Source of the DNA: Saprolegnia diclina VS20
Lineage: Eukaryota
DNA: 41,819 bases
Reading direction: 5' to 3'
Assembly: GCF_000281045.1 (NCBI RefSeq)
Contig: NW_008246132.1
Location: 27,283-69,101, forward strand
The notes beneath the pieces are model-generated. The model was given only the letters and a program-made list of their open reading frames with translations, had not been told where the DNA came from and searched no databases. The stretch's first letter is position 1, and each line of letters begins with the position of its first letter. Positions 1 through 9,870 of the stretch are shown here, piece by piece. The translations under genes were made by a program, and so were the position numbers.

Positions 1-1600
1 AGGCCGTTGGCGTTGTGAGCAGGCGTGGTGCGAGGTAGGGACGCACGTCGCGCGATTTGATCTTAAGCACTCTTGGACGAGGTCATACACCGACGTGATA
101 CGCTTGAGGAGGCGTGGAATGAGCTCGTCGATCGAGCGGTAGCCCATGCCCTTGTGGAAGACATCAAACGTATCACTGGCCGCGCGGCGGACCTCGGACA
201 GTGCGTTGCAAAGGGCATCTTCGAGCGCCACGACAAACCTCTCGACGAAATCTTCGAGCTGCTTCTTGGGCGAGCACTGGATGACCTCGGCAAGACCCAA
301 GCAGTAGCCCAGGCGCATACCGGCGGGGTTCATCAGGTCGAGGCTCGCGCGCAGGATCGGACCAACCTCGGGCATGACGCAGTACACCAAGTCGCCAAGG
401 AGCGAGATCGACGACTCACGAATGCGCCAGTTGTCGTCGAAGATACCGGCCTCGAGCGCAGGCAAGATGTCCTTTCTGTTCGAAAGCGCGTAGGAATTGA
501 AGACGATCGAGCCAGCGTGCATGGCAACGTCGCGGTAACCGTCTGACTCGTTGGAGAGACTCTCGAGATCAAGCTCGTCCGAGCCATGGCACGAGGTGCG
601 CGAAGTGGCTCTGGCCCTTGGCGAGCATACCACGGGCTTTGAACGAACCCGTGCGGCACTCAGGAATCGAGCGAGCAGCAGCGTCTGCCGGCAGATGGTG
701 TCGAGGTACAGCGCGAGGTCCTTGGCGTCGTTGACCATCGAGCACGTGTTGTCGAAAATAAGTGCAGCCTTCTTCGTCTCCGAGATGCGGTCTGTCAAGC
801 CGCGCAGAAGCATGGGCATCACAAGCGCAAGCAATGGTGCGTCGATTAAGTGCACAAACATCATCGACTGCAGCGCTTGCATCGCGTCCGTCGTCCTGCG
901 GTTCGGGTCTTGCATGTTGGCGATACGAACCGAGAGATATAAGCTCATGATGAAATTACGTGGTCGCGCGAGAGGATCTCTGTCTTGGCGCAGTGCTCGA
1001 GCCGAGGTGCGCCAGCATGCCTCTGTCAGCCTCCATGTCATTGTGGCGGTGCATGACCGGTGCGCCAAACGCATCGCACTTGGCCATGAGCGTCGACGCA
1101 ATCGTGTCGGGAAACTGCTGCATGCCGTTGGCCAGCGCCGCAGCGGGCGCGTCCGAAAGCGGCGAGATGCGACTTGATCTCGGCGCCATTTTCAAAGCGA
1201 GCGACAAAAATTGTCGAGAGCATCGGCCAATGTCGCCTTGGCGTCCTCACCTTTGTCGTCACATGGCGCTTTGTGTATTGCCTTTCGGCTCACTTGGCGA
1301 GCCTGTACGAGCGTCGAGAGCAAGCATGCTCTTGTGCAACAAGCGCTGCCGACGCGCCTCGAGCTCTTCCTTGCTATTCTCGACCTTCTTGGTTGTCGCG
1401 CTCGGGTCGGCGGCTCACTTCCGCGCGAGATTTTCACAGACCTGCGCCTCCAAGCGGCCTTCTACGTCTTGGTGTACAGAGCGTCGTCCGCGCGCAGCCA
1501 ATGTCGGCGTCGCCGCTTTAAACGTTGGTAATTGTTGGTGTCTCGAGCGTCGTGGCCACGTGCGACTGAATGAGGTTGCTCAAGAGGAGCGCTTCGCGAA
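1..1600 (-). pseudogene. GCN1: Degenerate GCN1 (eIF2-alpha kinase activator, HEAT-repeat) pseudogene fragment; runs off the left window edge
   Basis: Manual minus-strand translation gives GCN1-like blocks: FVHLIDAPLLALVMPMLLRGLTDRISETKKAALI, DVAMHAGSIV...ILPALEAGIFDDNWRIRESSISLLGDL, VMPEVGPILRA...GMRLGYCLGLAEVI, GMGYRSIDELIPRLL. Two further GCN1-like blocks lie in a different frame (IPECRTGSFKARGMLAKGQSHFAHLVPWL at ~580-670; VLKIKSRDVRPYLAPRLLTTP at ~10-72), indicating frameshifts. Similarity from 950 to 1600 is weaker and the 1600 boundary is approximate. Confidence 0.85.
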
Positions 1601-1676
1601 GCGTCGCAATAGCACACTGCGCGCCCAAGGTGCGATGCGGCGTGAAGCCACTCATTTCATTTCGACTCTTGACACG

Positions 1677-3656
1677 ATGGGACGAAGCGCCTACGTGACG
1701 GAAGGTGTGACGAGTGTCAAGTCAAAGTCCTCGCTCTACAGCCAGTGGCGGCGCTTGTACCAGCACGCAGTTACGATCGGAGGCCTCCTTGTCCTTCCGC
1801 TCATTGCCAGCGACGCGATCGTCAACAACTGGGCCATCAACGCGTACCTGGGCGACGGAAAGTTCTTCTTCACGCCGATCGCAGCCGCCCAAAATGCGCA
1901 GCAGCTCAACGCGCAGTACAGCTACGCGAAGAGCCTCGGCGTCCACGACCTCTCCAAGATCGGTCAATGGATCGCCAACTCCACCGTTGTCCGCCTCGTC
2001 ACCGAGAGTGACGACGTGTACGTCATCAACGCCGGGGAGTTTCCCCTGACAGGGGCGACCAACCTGTGTCCGATATTTGCCCAAACGTACGAAATCTCAA
2101 GCGTTGGCAAAGTCCGGCTAGCGCTCGCGTCCGACTCGGTGACGTTCTACCGCGGCAACGCGCTCACGCATCTTTTTACCGATGACGCCGAGGCCAACTT
2201 GGGCACCTCATCGATGAAGTCCACCGAGTTGTTCGATCTCGGCTATGTGCCTGGACGCACCGGCACGGACCTCCGCTTCACGCACGATGTGTTTGTTCAA
2301 AATACTTCCCAGCCGCAATCCCAGATCGTGAAATTTTACCGCATCTTCCCCCGGACGTACTGCACCGGGTGTGCGCCGACAGCGGAGCTCGGGCACAGCG
2401 TATGCAATTTTACCTATGTCTACAACGACTCGTTAAAGGCGCTTCGCGTGACCAACAGCACTTTTGTGCCCGGCTCGACGTACTTTCTCGGGCTCATGAT
2501 CTCGCACACGGCGTTCGGCGTCGCGGCGCTCTACATCAAGCTCACTGCGATCGCGATCGCGATCGGCGGGTACCTCGCCGGTCGACGCACCGTCCAGTGG
2601 CTTGAAATCGACCCAACCAGAGTCGACGGAATCGGTACACGCGCTCTTCGCGTCATCCTACCCAAGCTCTTTCCGTACCAGAGCTATGCGCTGAGCTACG
2701 CGTCGTTCTGCTACAACTCGGATTTGTTTGTGCTTTTGTATGCGCTCTCGGTGCTCCTCGACCTCAACAGCTCGTTCATCTTTGTCCGCGAAGTCCACGT
2801 GTACAATAATCTGGCGCCGCAATTCCTCTACTCGCTGCAAATGTTTTCGCTCTCGAGCCGGCTTCTCTGGGTCAACTGCGCCTTTCTCAAGCTCCTAAAG
2901 ATATTCTGGAGCTTGGTGAGCACCGCGTCGTACAATGGCCAGAGCGCGCTCATGGGTTTTTTCAATTTGTCGTCGACCACGTCCGTGTACCTCAGCGCCG
3001 TCCTCCTCTTTTACGTACCAGCGTACATCGAGTACAACAACTCGGTCGCGACGTCCATTCGCAACGTCAACGAAAGCATCGACGGCATCCGCGTCCGCGT
3101 CTTTGACGGGTTTTACCTCCGCGTGCTCTCGTCCGTCGGCGTCGGCCTCGTTCTCAACGTCCTCTTTGTCACGGCCGTGGACCGGCTCTGGAATTGGCGC
3201 TACTGGCAGCTGCTCGCGAAAAACTCACTCGCGCGCCAAGCCATGTACAACAGCAGCTCGATCGTGTGCGACTTTGTCGACGGTATCGAGCCCGACGCGG
3301 ACGACCGCAGCGCTGCATCGTCGATCATGTGCCGCGCGCGCCGCTTGAGCACGCTACAGTGGTTTTTCATGAGCCATTTGACGTGTTTTGGCTTGCCAGA
3401 GAAGAAGCTCCGGGCCAAGAAGCTCTCGCTCGTCAATGTCAAGCAGCACCCCACGGCCAATTCAAGCACGCGGTCCAACTCGATCACGTATCCGACGGCG
3501 CTGCCGCTGCCTGTATCCGTGCCGGATGATGGTGCGTACATGGTGGTGCAGGACGGCGACCACAACATCCACCTCCTCGACGGCCAGCTCAACGACGTAA
3601 CGAGCCTCGTGTACAATATCAAGGTCCTCAAGAATACGACTGTCACCGTCAAGTAA
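1677..3656 (+). CDS. Uncharacterised multi-pass membrane protein (~659 aa), paralog of 26282-28189
   Basis: Intronless ORF. ATG 1677 follows an Inr-like CACTCATTTCATTTC at ~1649-1663. It has an N-terminal TM segment, a large N-glycosylation-site-rich loop with YCTGC, then several hydrophobic segments. Motifs NNWAIN, GGYLAxRRTVQWLE, RLLWxNC and HxIHLLD...SLVxNIKVLK are shared with the paralog. Confidence 0.85.
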   Translation: MGRSAYVTEGVTSVKSKSSLYSQWRRLYQHAVTIGGLLVLPLIASDAIVNNWAINAYLGDGKFFFTPIAAAQNAQQLNAQYSYAKSLGVHDLSKIGQWIANSTVVRLVTESDDVYVINAGEFPLTGATNLCPIFAQTYEISSVGKVRLALASDSVTFYRGNALTHLFTDDAEANLGTSSMKSTELFDLGYVPGRTGTDLRFTHDVFVQNTSQPQSQIVKFYRIFPRTYCTGCAPTAELGHSVCNFTYVYNDSLKALRVTNSTFVPGSTYFLGLMISHTAFGVAALYIKLTAIAIAIGGYLAGRRTVQWLEIDPTRVDGIGTRALRVILPKLFPYQSYALSYASFCYNSDLFVLLYALSVLLDLNSSFIFVREVHVYNNLAPQFLYSLQMFSLSSRLLWVNCAFLKLLKIFWSLVSTASYNGQSALMGFFNLSSTTSVYLSAVLLFYVPAYIEYNNSVATSIRNVNESIDGIRVRVFDGFYLRVLSSVGVGLVLNVLFVTAVDRLWNWRYWQLLAKNSLARQAMYNSSSIVCDFVDGIEPDADDRSAASSIMCRARRLSTLQWFFMSHLTCFGLPEKKLRAKKLSLVNVKQHPTANSSTRSNSITYPTALPLPVSVPDDGAYMVVQDGDHNIHLLDGQLNDVTSLVYNIKVLKNTTVTVK

Positions 3657-3895
3657 GACAGCCGACTGCCTTCCAGACTGCTTATCCAGCTACAACTATA
3701 AAAATGTACATGTTTTGCTAGTACGTACTACTACATGTACATGCAATATCTGCCGACATCATGTTCGCAGCCGTACTTTAAGAAAATCACGGTTCCACAC
3801 CTCGGCAGTAGGTTTACTGTTTATTACGGTATCTCACGAGACGCGCACGCGGGGCCCGGCACACTCGACCAGCGCCTCGCACAACCACAAATAGC

Positions 3896-3952
3896 CGGCT
3901 ATTAAAACAGGTTAGCATAGTCGGCTATTAAAACAGGTTAGCATAGTCGGCT
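3896..3952. repeat. Perfect 26-bp tandem duplication (CGGCTATTAAAACAGGTTAGCATAGT x2 plus 5 bp)
   Basis: Read directly: units at 3896-3921 and 3922-3947, followed by CGGCT. Confidence 0.95.
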
Positions 3953-4129
3953 TGTCCAGGTGGACTCCCGGTCGGTCGTGTTCGTAGCAACTTGCGCTTG
4001 GAAGTTCCTGGAAGCCACTCACGATGGACACAAGCGCCAGCTCGGAGGCCGCGTGATGGCTATGCTTATTTCTCTGTCTAAGCAACACCCCCTCGAGTGT
4101 TTTCCTAGTCTTTTTTATTTTGCGCTCCA

Positions 4130-5749
4130 TCACGACACTAAACGTGTCCAGAAACGCCATGCGTTGGTACCACGTGGTCCAGAGCCGTGGATGTCAATCC
4201 ACCGGAGCAGGCGCTTCTGGCCGTGGCGCGCCGCCTGGTCTCTCGCCGCGCTCAAGTCCACGCGTTTCGACAAGTGGGGCGAGAACGACGCATACAAGGA
4301 CTCGAGCGCATCAATATCGCCGGCGTCGAGCAGCTTGTTAGCTTTGATGTGGCAGTTGTCGGCCGTCACTGGGTCCGGCACCCGCACCGGTACGTGGTTC
4401 AAGTGAAACGCGTCGTGGAGCCAACGGACAGTGTCGTGGCGGTCAGCGCCTGCTGCTGCTGCCATGGCGGCCGCGAAGCCCACGGCGCCAAGAGTAGCAA
4501 AGAGCCACTGCACGTTGGCGAGCGATCCGCACCCACAGGCCTGAAGCAGAAAAGCGTCGTCCACGCCCGCACGGTCCAAAAATGACCGCATCCCTGACGC
4601 CGTGTCAACGTCAACAATAGCGTTGACCAGAACTTCGTCAATCGCTGCCGCTTGGTCAAGTGCCATGGTTGTATCCGCGCGCAAGACACCGCGGAGCACC
4701 GACTGCAGCTTCTCGACCGTCTCGTGGCGCGCCGCAGCAAGAAGCAGTTGGAGGTGGAGAGTTCGGGGCAATGCGCGCACTGCCGTCACAATCTCGGCGT
4801 CTGTCGCGTCGAGCACGAGCGTCGGGTACAACTCGTAGTCGTAAAAGAGCTTGGCGGTGGCACTCGCATCAAGCGCTTCCCAGTCCACCTTGGCGTCGAC
4901 AAGGTGCTGAAGCGCTTGAACATGGCCGCGCCCAGGAATGGTCGTAGCTTCCCACTCGAAATACACCCACGTTTTTTTTAGGGTGCACGGTCCGTGATGC
5001 AGCAGTCGTCGCACGACACCAGCGTGGCCGCGCGTGAGTGCCGCCGTGAGCGCTGTCTGCATCGAATGCGACGGCGTCCAGTGCACGGCCGTGTAGTCGG
5101 GCGACCCGGTTGAGAGCTCGCACGTGAACAAGTAGTCGACGACATCGTCGTGGCCGTTCGTGGCAGCGGCAACCAGCGCGTGCCACACGATTGCATGACC
5201 GGATGCGCGCAACCAATGCAGGATCTCGAGATGGCCGTTGGCTGCAGCGACGCAGACGGCCGAGTACGTGTTGGTCATCTCCGAGCCAAAGTGAACTTGG
5301 GGCTCAACGACGGAAGGGTTGGCGAGCGCGAGGTTCTGGGCGACGTCGAGGTGGCCCGCCGCAATCGCAAGTAAAAAGCTCCCAGGCGTGACGAGCTCGG
5401 CATCGGATGCGATGAATAGCGCGATGAGCCGCCAGTGGCCTTCAAGGATCGCAAAGTGGAATGGGAGCTGGTCTTCTTGGTGTGGAAACGTGAGAAATAG
5501 ATTTTCCGTGTCGGCGCAGTCGGGCTCCAAGCGCTTGGTGAAGAAGGGCAGCGAGCGAAAGCGCGCGGGCAGCGGCCTGAGAATGGCGGAAAACTCCTTG
5601 CCGCCATACTCGGTATCGTCGGTCACATAGTAGTCAAACTGGACAGAGTCGCAGAGTTGACGGACCTCGCGTACAGCCCCCGACAGACCGCGCTGAAAAC
5701 TTACGATGACGCGCCAAAGATCATGGGCTGTCAGCGCTCGACGGGTCAT
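4130..5749 (-). CDS. Ankyrin-repeat protein (~539 aa)
   Basis: Repeats LAIAAGHLDVAQNL, VAAANGHLEILHWL, AAATNGHDDVVDYL, AALTRGHAGVVRRL, QACGCGSLANVQWL. Start placed at MTRRALTAHDLWRVIVSFQRG (ATG 5749); the ORF extends in frame to 5791. Confidence 0.85.
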   Translation of the reverse strand: MTRRALTAHDLWRVIVSFQRGLSGAVREVRQLCDSVQFDYYVTDDTEYGGKEFSAILRPLPARFRSLPFFTKRLEPDCADTENLFLTFPHQEDQLPFHFAILEGHWRLIALFIASDAELVTPGSFLLAIAAGHLDVAQNLALANPSVVEPQVHFGSEMTNTYSAVCVAAANGHLEILHWLRASGHAIVWHALVAAATNGHDDVVDYLFTCELSTGSPDYTAVHWTPSHSMQTALTAALTRGHAGVVRRLLHHGPCTLKKTWVYFEWEATTIPGRGHVQALQHLVDAKVDWEALDASATAKLFYDYELYPTLVLDATDAEIVTAVRALPRTLHLQLLLAAARHETVEKLQSVLRGVLRADTTMALDQAAAIDEVLVNAIVDVDTASGMRSFLDRAGVDDAFLLQACGCGSLANVQWLFATLGAVGFAAAMAAAAGADRHDTVRWLHDAFHLNHVPVRVPDPVTADNCHIKANKLLDAGDIDALESLYASFSPHLSKRVDLSAARDQAARHGQKRLLRWIDIHGSGPRGTNAWRFWTRLVS

Positions 5750-5955
5750 TTTGCAAACTGACGTGCAAGGTTGGCGATGACACACCATCACTCACCTAGT
5801 GGAACAATCACTCAGTGCCCTTGTAGCCGGTTAATGTAACCGGCTTCACGGATGTCTTACCACACGCAATTAGCGCGCCCGATTTCGGCCTTGCACAATG
5901 CACGGCTTTATCTGCTCTGGGCCAATGAGAGCGCATCATTGAGATCATTTTGTCC

Positions 5956-7519
5956 CAGGTTCCTTTTTCGTCCGGGCGCCGGACCGTCCGGGTGACCGGA
6001 TAAAGTCCGGATAAAAAACCCGGACCGTCCGGGTGGTTTGACAGGGACTAAAAAAAGGATATCCTAGAAAAGCCTAAAAAAATATTTTTTCGTTTTTGGA
6101 CGGATGCCGTCCACCAGCCATTCATTCCTCAAAACGCTACCCAGAACAATAATGACCATCGCCTCGACGGCAATGGCCGGCTAGCCCTCTGCCGGCGCAT
6201 CATGTGGAGCAGCCACGGCGCACGCCCATGCGCGTACCACTACGACCGACGATGCCGACGACCACGCCGATCCAGCCACGAACACTACTACCACGCTACC
6301 GACGCCGATGCCAGTGCGGCCAGTACAGCGACCGACGCCGATGCCAGTGCGGCCAGTACAGCGACCGACGCCGACGCCAGTGCCACAACCCACGCCATTG
6401 CGGCCGACGACATACGCCGTTGCGTCCCACGCCGCCGCTACCGTTGAATTGCGGCGACGACGACCGGTGCTGTTGCGTTGCGGCGACGACGACCGACGCC
6501 AACGCTGTGACGACGACCGACGCCAACGCTGCGACTGCGACCGACTGTGAAAAGTTGGCTCGCCGTCGTGGAAATGTAGATGATTGCAACTGCAGGCTCG
6601 AACCACAACCAACATTCGTGTAAATGTAATGCGACCACGTCTTGACTTGTATTCATGTTCCATAACGCCGATAAGTTCCGGAACGGTGTGCAACAGCTCG
6701 ACCGTCTTTTCAGCTTTGAGGTCTGCAAAATTGGCAGCAAGGGTCAAGGTCGACGCCGGGTTACCCAAGATTCAGCAACCGCACTCTTTCTTGAATCGCT
6801 CGCACACTCGACCGCTCAGTTAACGTAACGTTGTATAACAACTCGAACCAAATTGCTGCGAGCGACGACAGAGCATCGGCCCAGAAAAGCCTGCGCACCG
6901 TAGCGCAGCGGAGGTTGGGCGTTGGCTTTTGTGCAGGCCGTGCCTTGGCGACGAGTGAGCCCCGGTCTTTCCCGTTAAAGGAATTCATTATCGATGGGTC
7001 GCCCAGGTGGAGGCGGGTAGGCCCGCAGGGCCGCGCCGACCCTGGTGCGAAAAGAACCTAAAAATGTTATCAGTGCCACCGGCACGATCCGCGCGCGAGA
7101 CCTTGTTATCTGGATTCGGCCTGAGCGCAGTTTCGTCGGACGACCGAGGTGCTCTGGTTGCGCCCCCGACACAAAGCACGATCTCATAGATTAAGTTAGC
7201 GCGAGTACGCTATGCATAAGAAACGCAATGTTCATTTTCCAATGTCCAACTTTCAGTTTCTTCGGTCATGCGCATCTGAAGGACGGCATGCCAATATCGA
7301 AAATTTTACGAGTTCCATCGCTAAATCGGCCAAGTGCTGGAGCCAGGGATTTCTCAATTTTCGCACGTTTTTCAAAAAAAATATTTCAGGACTTCAGGAC
7401 TTCCGAATCCCTAAAACTATTATCCGGATCAAACCGGTCGCCCGGACAGTCCGGGTACTTTTATCCGGACGTTATCCGGACACCCGGACGGTCCGGCGCC
7501 CGGACAGGAGTGGGGCTTG
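5956..7519. mobile_element. Non-autonomous TIR DNA transposon (1,564 bp) with 9-bp TSD ATTTTGTCC; superfamily unresolved
   Basis: ATTTTGTCC at 5947-5955 and 7520-7528. Termini CAGG.../...CTTG. Imperfect inverted repeat GTCCGGGCGCCGGACCGTCCGGGTG(A/T)CCGGATAA(A/C)GTCCGGATAAAA...CCCGGAC(C/T)GTCCGGG...GGTTTGA at 5970-6041 and 7429-7505. No transposase ORF recognised inside. Confidence 0.9.
6298..6532 (+). repeat. Codon-length tandem repeats inside the transposon (33-bp x ~2.6 at 6298-6383; 24-bp x2 at 6485-6532)
   Basis: ACCGACGCCGATGCCAGTGCGGCCAGTACAGCG repeated (TDADASAASTA); GACGACGACCGACGCCAACGCTG(T/C) repeated (TTTDANAV/A). Confidence 0.9.
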
Positions 7520-7940
7520 ATTTTGTCCAACCAGATACACCGAGAGTTAGTACAGGGAAGGACAGCACATTATTAATCGCATTTGGGCTGGCACTACGAG
7601 GCTCCTCCCACCTGTACTCTCTTGATGGTGCTTCGGTGGGTCTCACTCGCGACCCTGGCACGGCTGCTGACGAAGCCAAAGATCGTGGGGACGTAGCCTT
7701 CTCGGACTGTTGCCACGCTCCAAGCAAATCGCAATTCAGCGCTCGAGCAACTTGGCGAGCCAATGACGCTGCGGAATCCACGCTCTTATATTTTGCTTTC
7801 AAGTAGGGAATGGTTGCAGGTGGGGTCGTCGGCTGACCTTTCTTGATTCCACCAATCACAACCCTGCCTCCGGATCGAAGCGGCGCGGCCACTCACTTGT
7901 TGGCAAAGAAAAGTCGCAAGCGCACTCTCAGATCGTAGTG

Positions 7941-9292
7941 ATGATCGCCGACATCAAGGGCTACCACGGCGTCATGTCCGTAGCGTGTCTCAAGCAGTGG
8001 CACACCCTCGGGGCTACGACGCTGGCGGCGACCAACACCAACAACGAAAACGTCACGGACAAGCACCAGTGGGTCGCGGTGGTCGATGGCCCGATCGAGA
8101 TCTACGCGCCGCTCAGCCATGTGGCCCGTCTCGTGACCGTCGTGCAAAGAGCGTATTTTTGTGCAGTATTTGCCAACAAGGCTCTGCTCGCCAGCCTTCG
8201 CGACGCCAACGCGCCGCCGCTGCCCGTGCACCAGTTGCACATTCTCGAGAAGAACGCGCAGTGCCGTATGTCCATCGAAGGGGTCATGCACTGCTTAGGC
8301 AACGCTGGGATCGAGAGCGCATTCGTGACGTGCGCCGGCAACCGCTCGCCCATCGCAGGCACCGGTTCGCTGTTCCACCGCCACTGCGCCTGGGAGCGCG
8401 CTCGGCCGTCACCGGTCAATGACCACCCCTTCAGCATCGACCTTGGCACCAACGTCGTGGACCATCTGGAGACGCTCGGCATCGAGCTCTCCGATGCCTC
8501 CTACTACTTGATTGGTCTTGACCCGACCAAGCAAAGCCTCTACGTGGACCAGGACACGGAGCTCCGGACCATCCTGCAGACCATGGGGGGCGACAGACCG
8601 CTCGGGTACATTGTCCGCACGTTCGAGACGCCCAAGGCGCTTGGCTACAAGGATACGAGCGGCGCGTCGCAGGTTGTCCTAGTCGTAAACGGGTGGTCTT
8701 GACATGTGTCGTAGACGGTGCTTGTCACCAAGATGAAGATCTTTCCCGATATCCTGGACATGCTTGAGGGGCAGAACTACCATCGTGCGCAAACAGTCTC
8801 GAGAACGACCACGTACCGCCAACTCCAGCGCATGCGCCAGGACGGAATCGACTACATCGACGAGGTCTCGGCCAACGACTTCGCGCTGCTGCGCCACATG
8901 GCAGGGGCTCGCGTCGAGTTTACGGTCCAAGTCGAGCCGGCGTCCTACGACAACGACGCGCTCCCGACCATCGTCAACGTCTGCATGACCGAGCTCGTCC
9001 AGCCGTTCTTCAAGGACTGCTTCAAGGTCATCGATGGCTCACGTGATGGTTGCTGAGAAAGTTGGCGTTGTAGGCTGTGTCTCTGCGCGACTACAAGGAG
9101 AATCTCATGGCGTGGGTGCGCTTCCTCAAGCCCTCTGGCACGGCGCAGCACGGTAATCGACCGACCGAAGAGCTCCTCACGCGCTTCGCCGCCTTCCTCA
9201 ACGCCCACGGCTACTATGTAAGTGAGAACGCGTCGCTCTACGATGCGTACGCGGCGAGCGCCCAAAACCCCAGCACCAACGACGAAGGTTAA
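7941..9292 (+). CDS. Hypothetical 3-exon protein (~420 aa), function unknown; 5' end uncertain
   Basis: Three consecutive ORFs with coding-like GC3 bias join in frame through GT-AG introns 8673-8714 and 9027-9073 (both phase 0). No family recognised. Confidence 0.65.
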
Positions 9293-9870
9293 GACGCAAT
9301 CGTGGCATCCCGCGCTAGCAATTTCAATTCGATAATACCTCCTAATACCAACCAAGCCTGTCCGTAGTTGCTGCGTTGACCGAAGCAAGCAATAGTGATC
9401 TAGGTTCACATCAAGCAGACACGTTCGCCGCAGCAGGTCTTCGGCTAGCTCCAGGAGACGCATGAGCGCTGCAGCTGCTGGGTGTGTGCAACCATCGCAT
9501 ACAGTACAGTTGTGGGGCACTCGGTGTGAGCCTAGCCCAAGTCAACACTACTAAGCTAGGCCAGGCTTCGTATGTTTTGTCCTACGGGAGAGGCCCGTTG
9601 ATGGGGGACTGTACAGCCAGTGGCAGCAGTCGGACGCTGCCACTTTGCGTTGTGCTTTGTGGTACACTCATTCTCTGTCTCGTGTGTTGCGGTTGGTTGG
9701 AATATCGTGCGCTGGTGCTGCCAGCAAATAACCGGTTTCGCCCAATGGCCTTGCTTCTTTCGATTCTTTTTGGCCAATGAACACGCGAGACCTCTCGACC
9801 GCATGCGAGCGCAGCATACAAACACCAAGTGTAAGAAAAACCCATAAAACGCCATTTCCCGTTGGCAGGC

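Noticed and set aside
73..1177. Plus-strand ORFs 73-546 and 551-1177
   Set aside because: Antisense shadows of the GCN1 pseudogene.
960..1676. N-terminal 239 codons of the 898-aa ORF 960-3656
   Set aside because: Not present in the paralog at 26282; antisense to decayed GCN1-like sequence; an Inr motif supports ATG 1677.
3732..3739. TACATGTA motif (also 23438-23445)
   Set aside because: Common oomycete intergenic motif; no specific function can be assigned here.
3896..3952. Short direct repeats here and at 38469-38510 as CRISPR-like arrays
   Set aside because: Only two adjacent units, no spacers, eukaryotic context.
6181..7189. ORFs inside the TIR element as a transposase
   Set aside because: No DDE/D, zinc-finger or other transposase motif recognisable; ORFs are short and low complexity.
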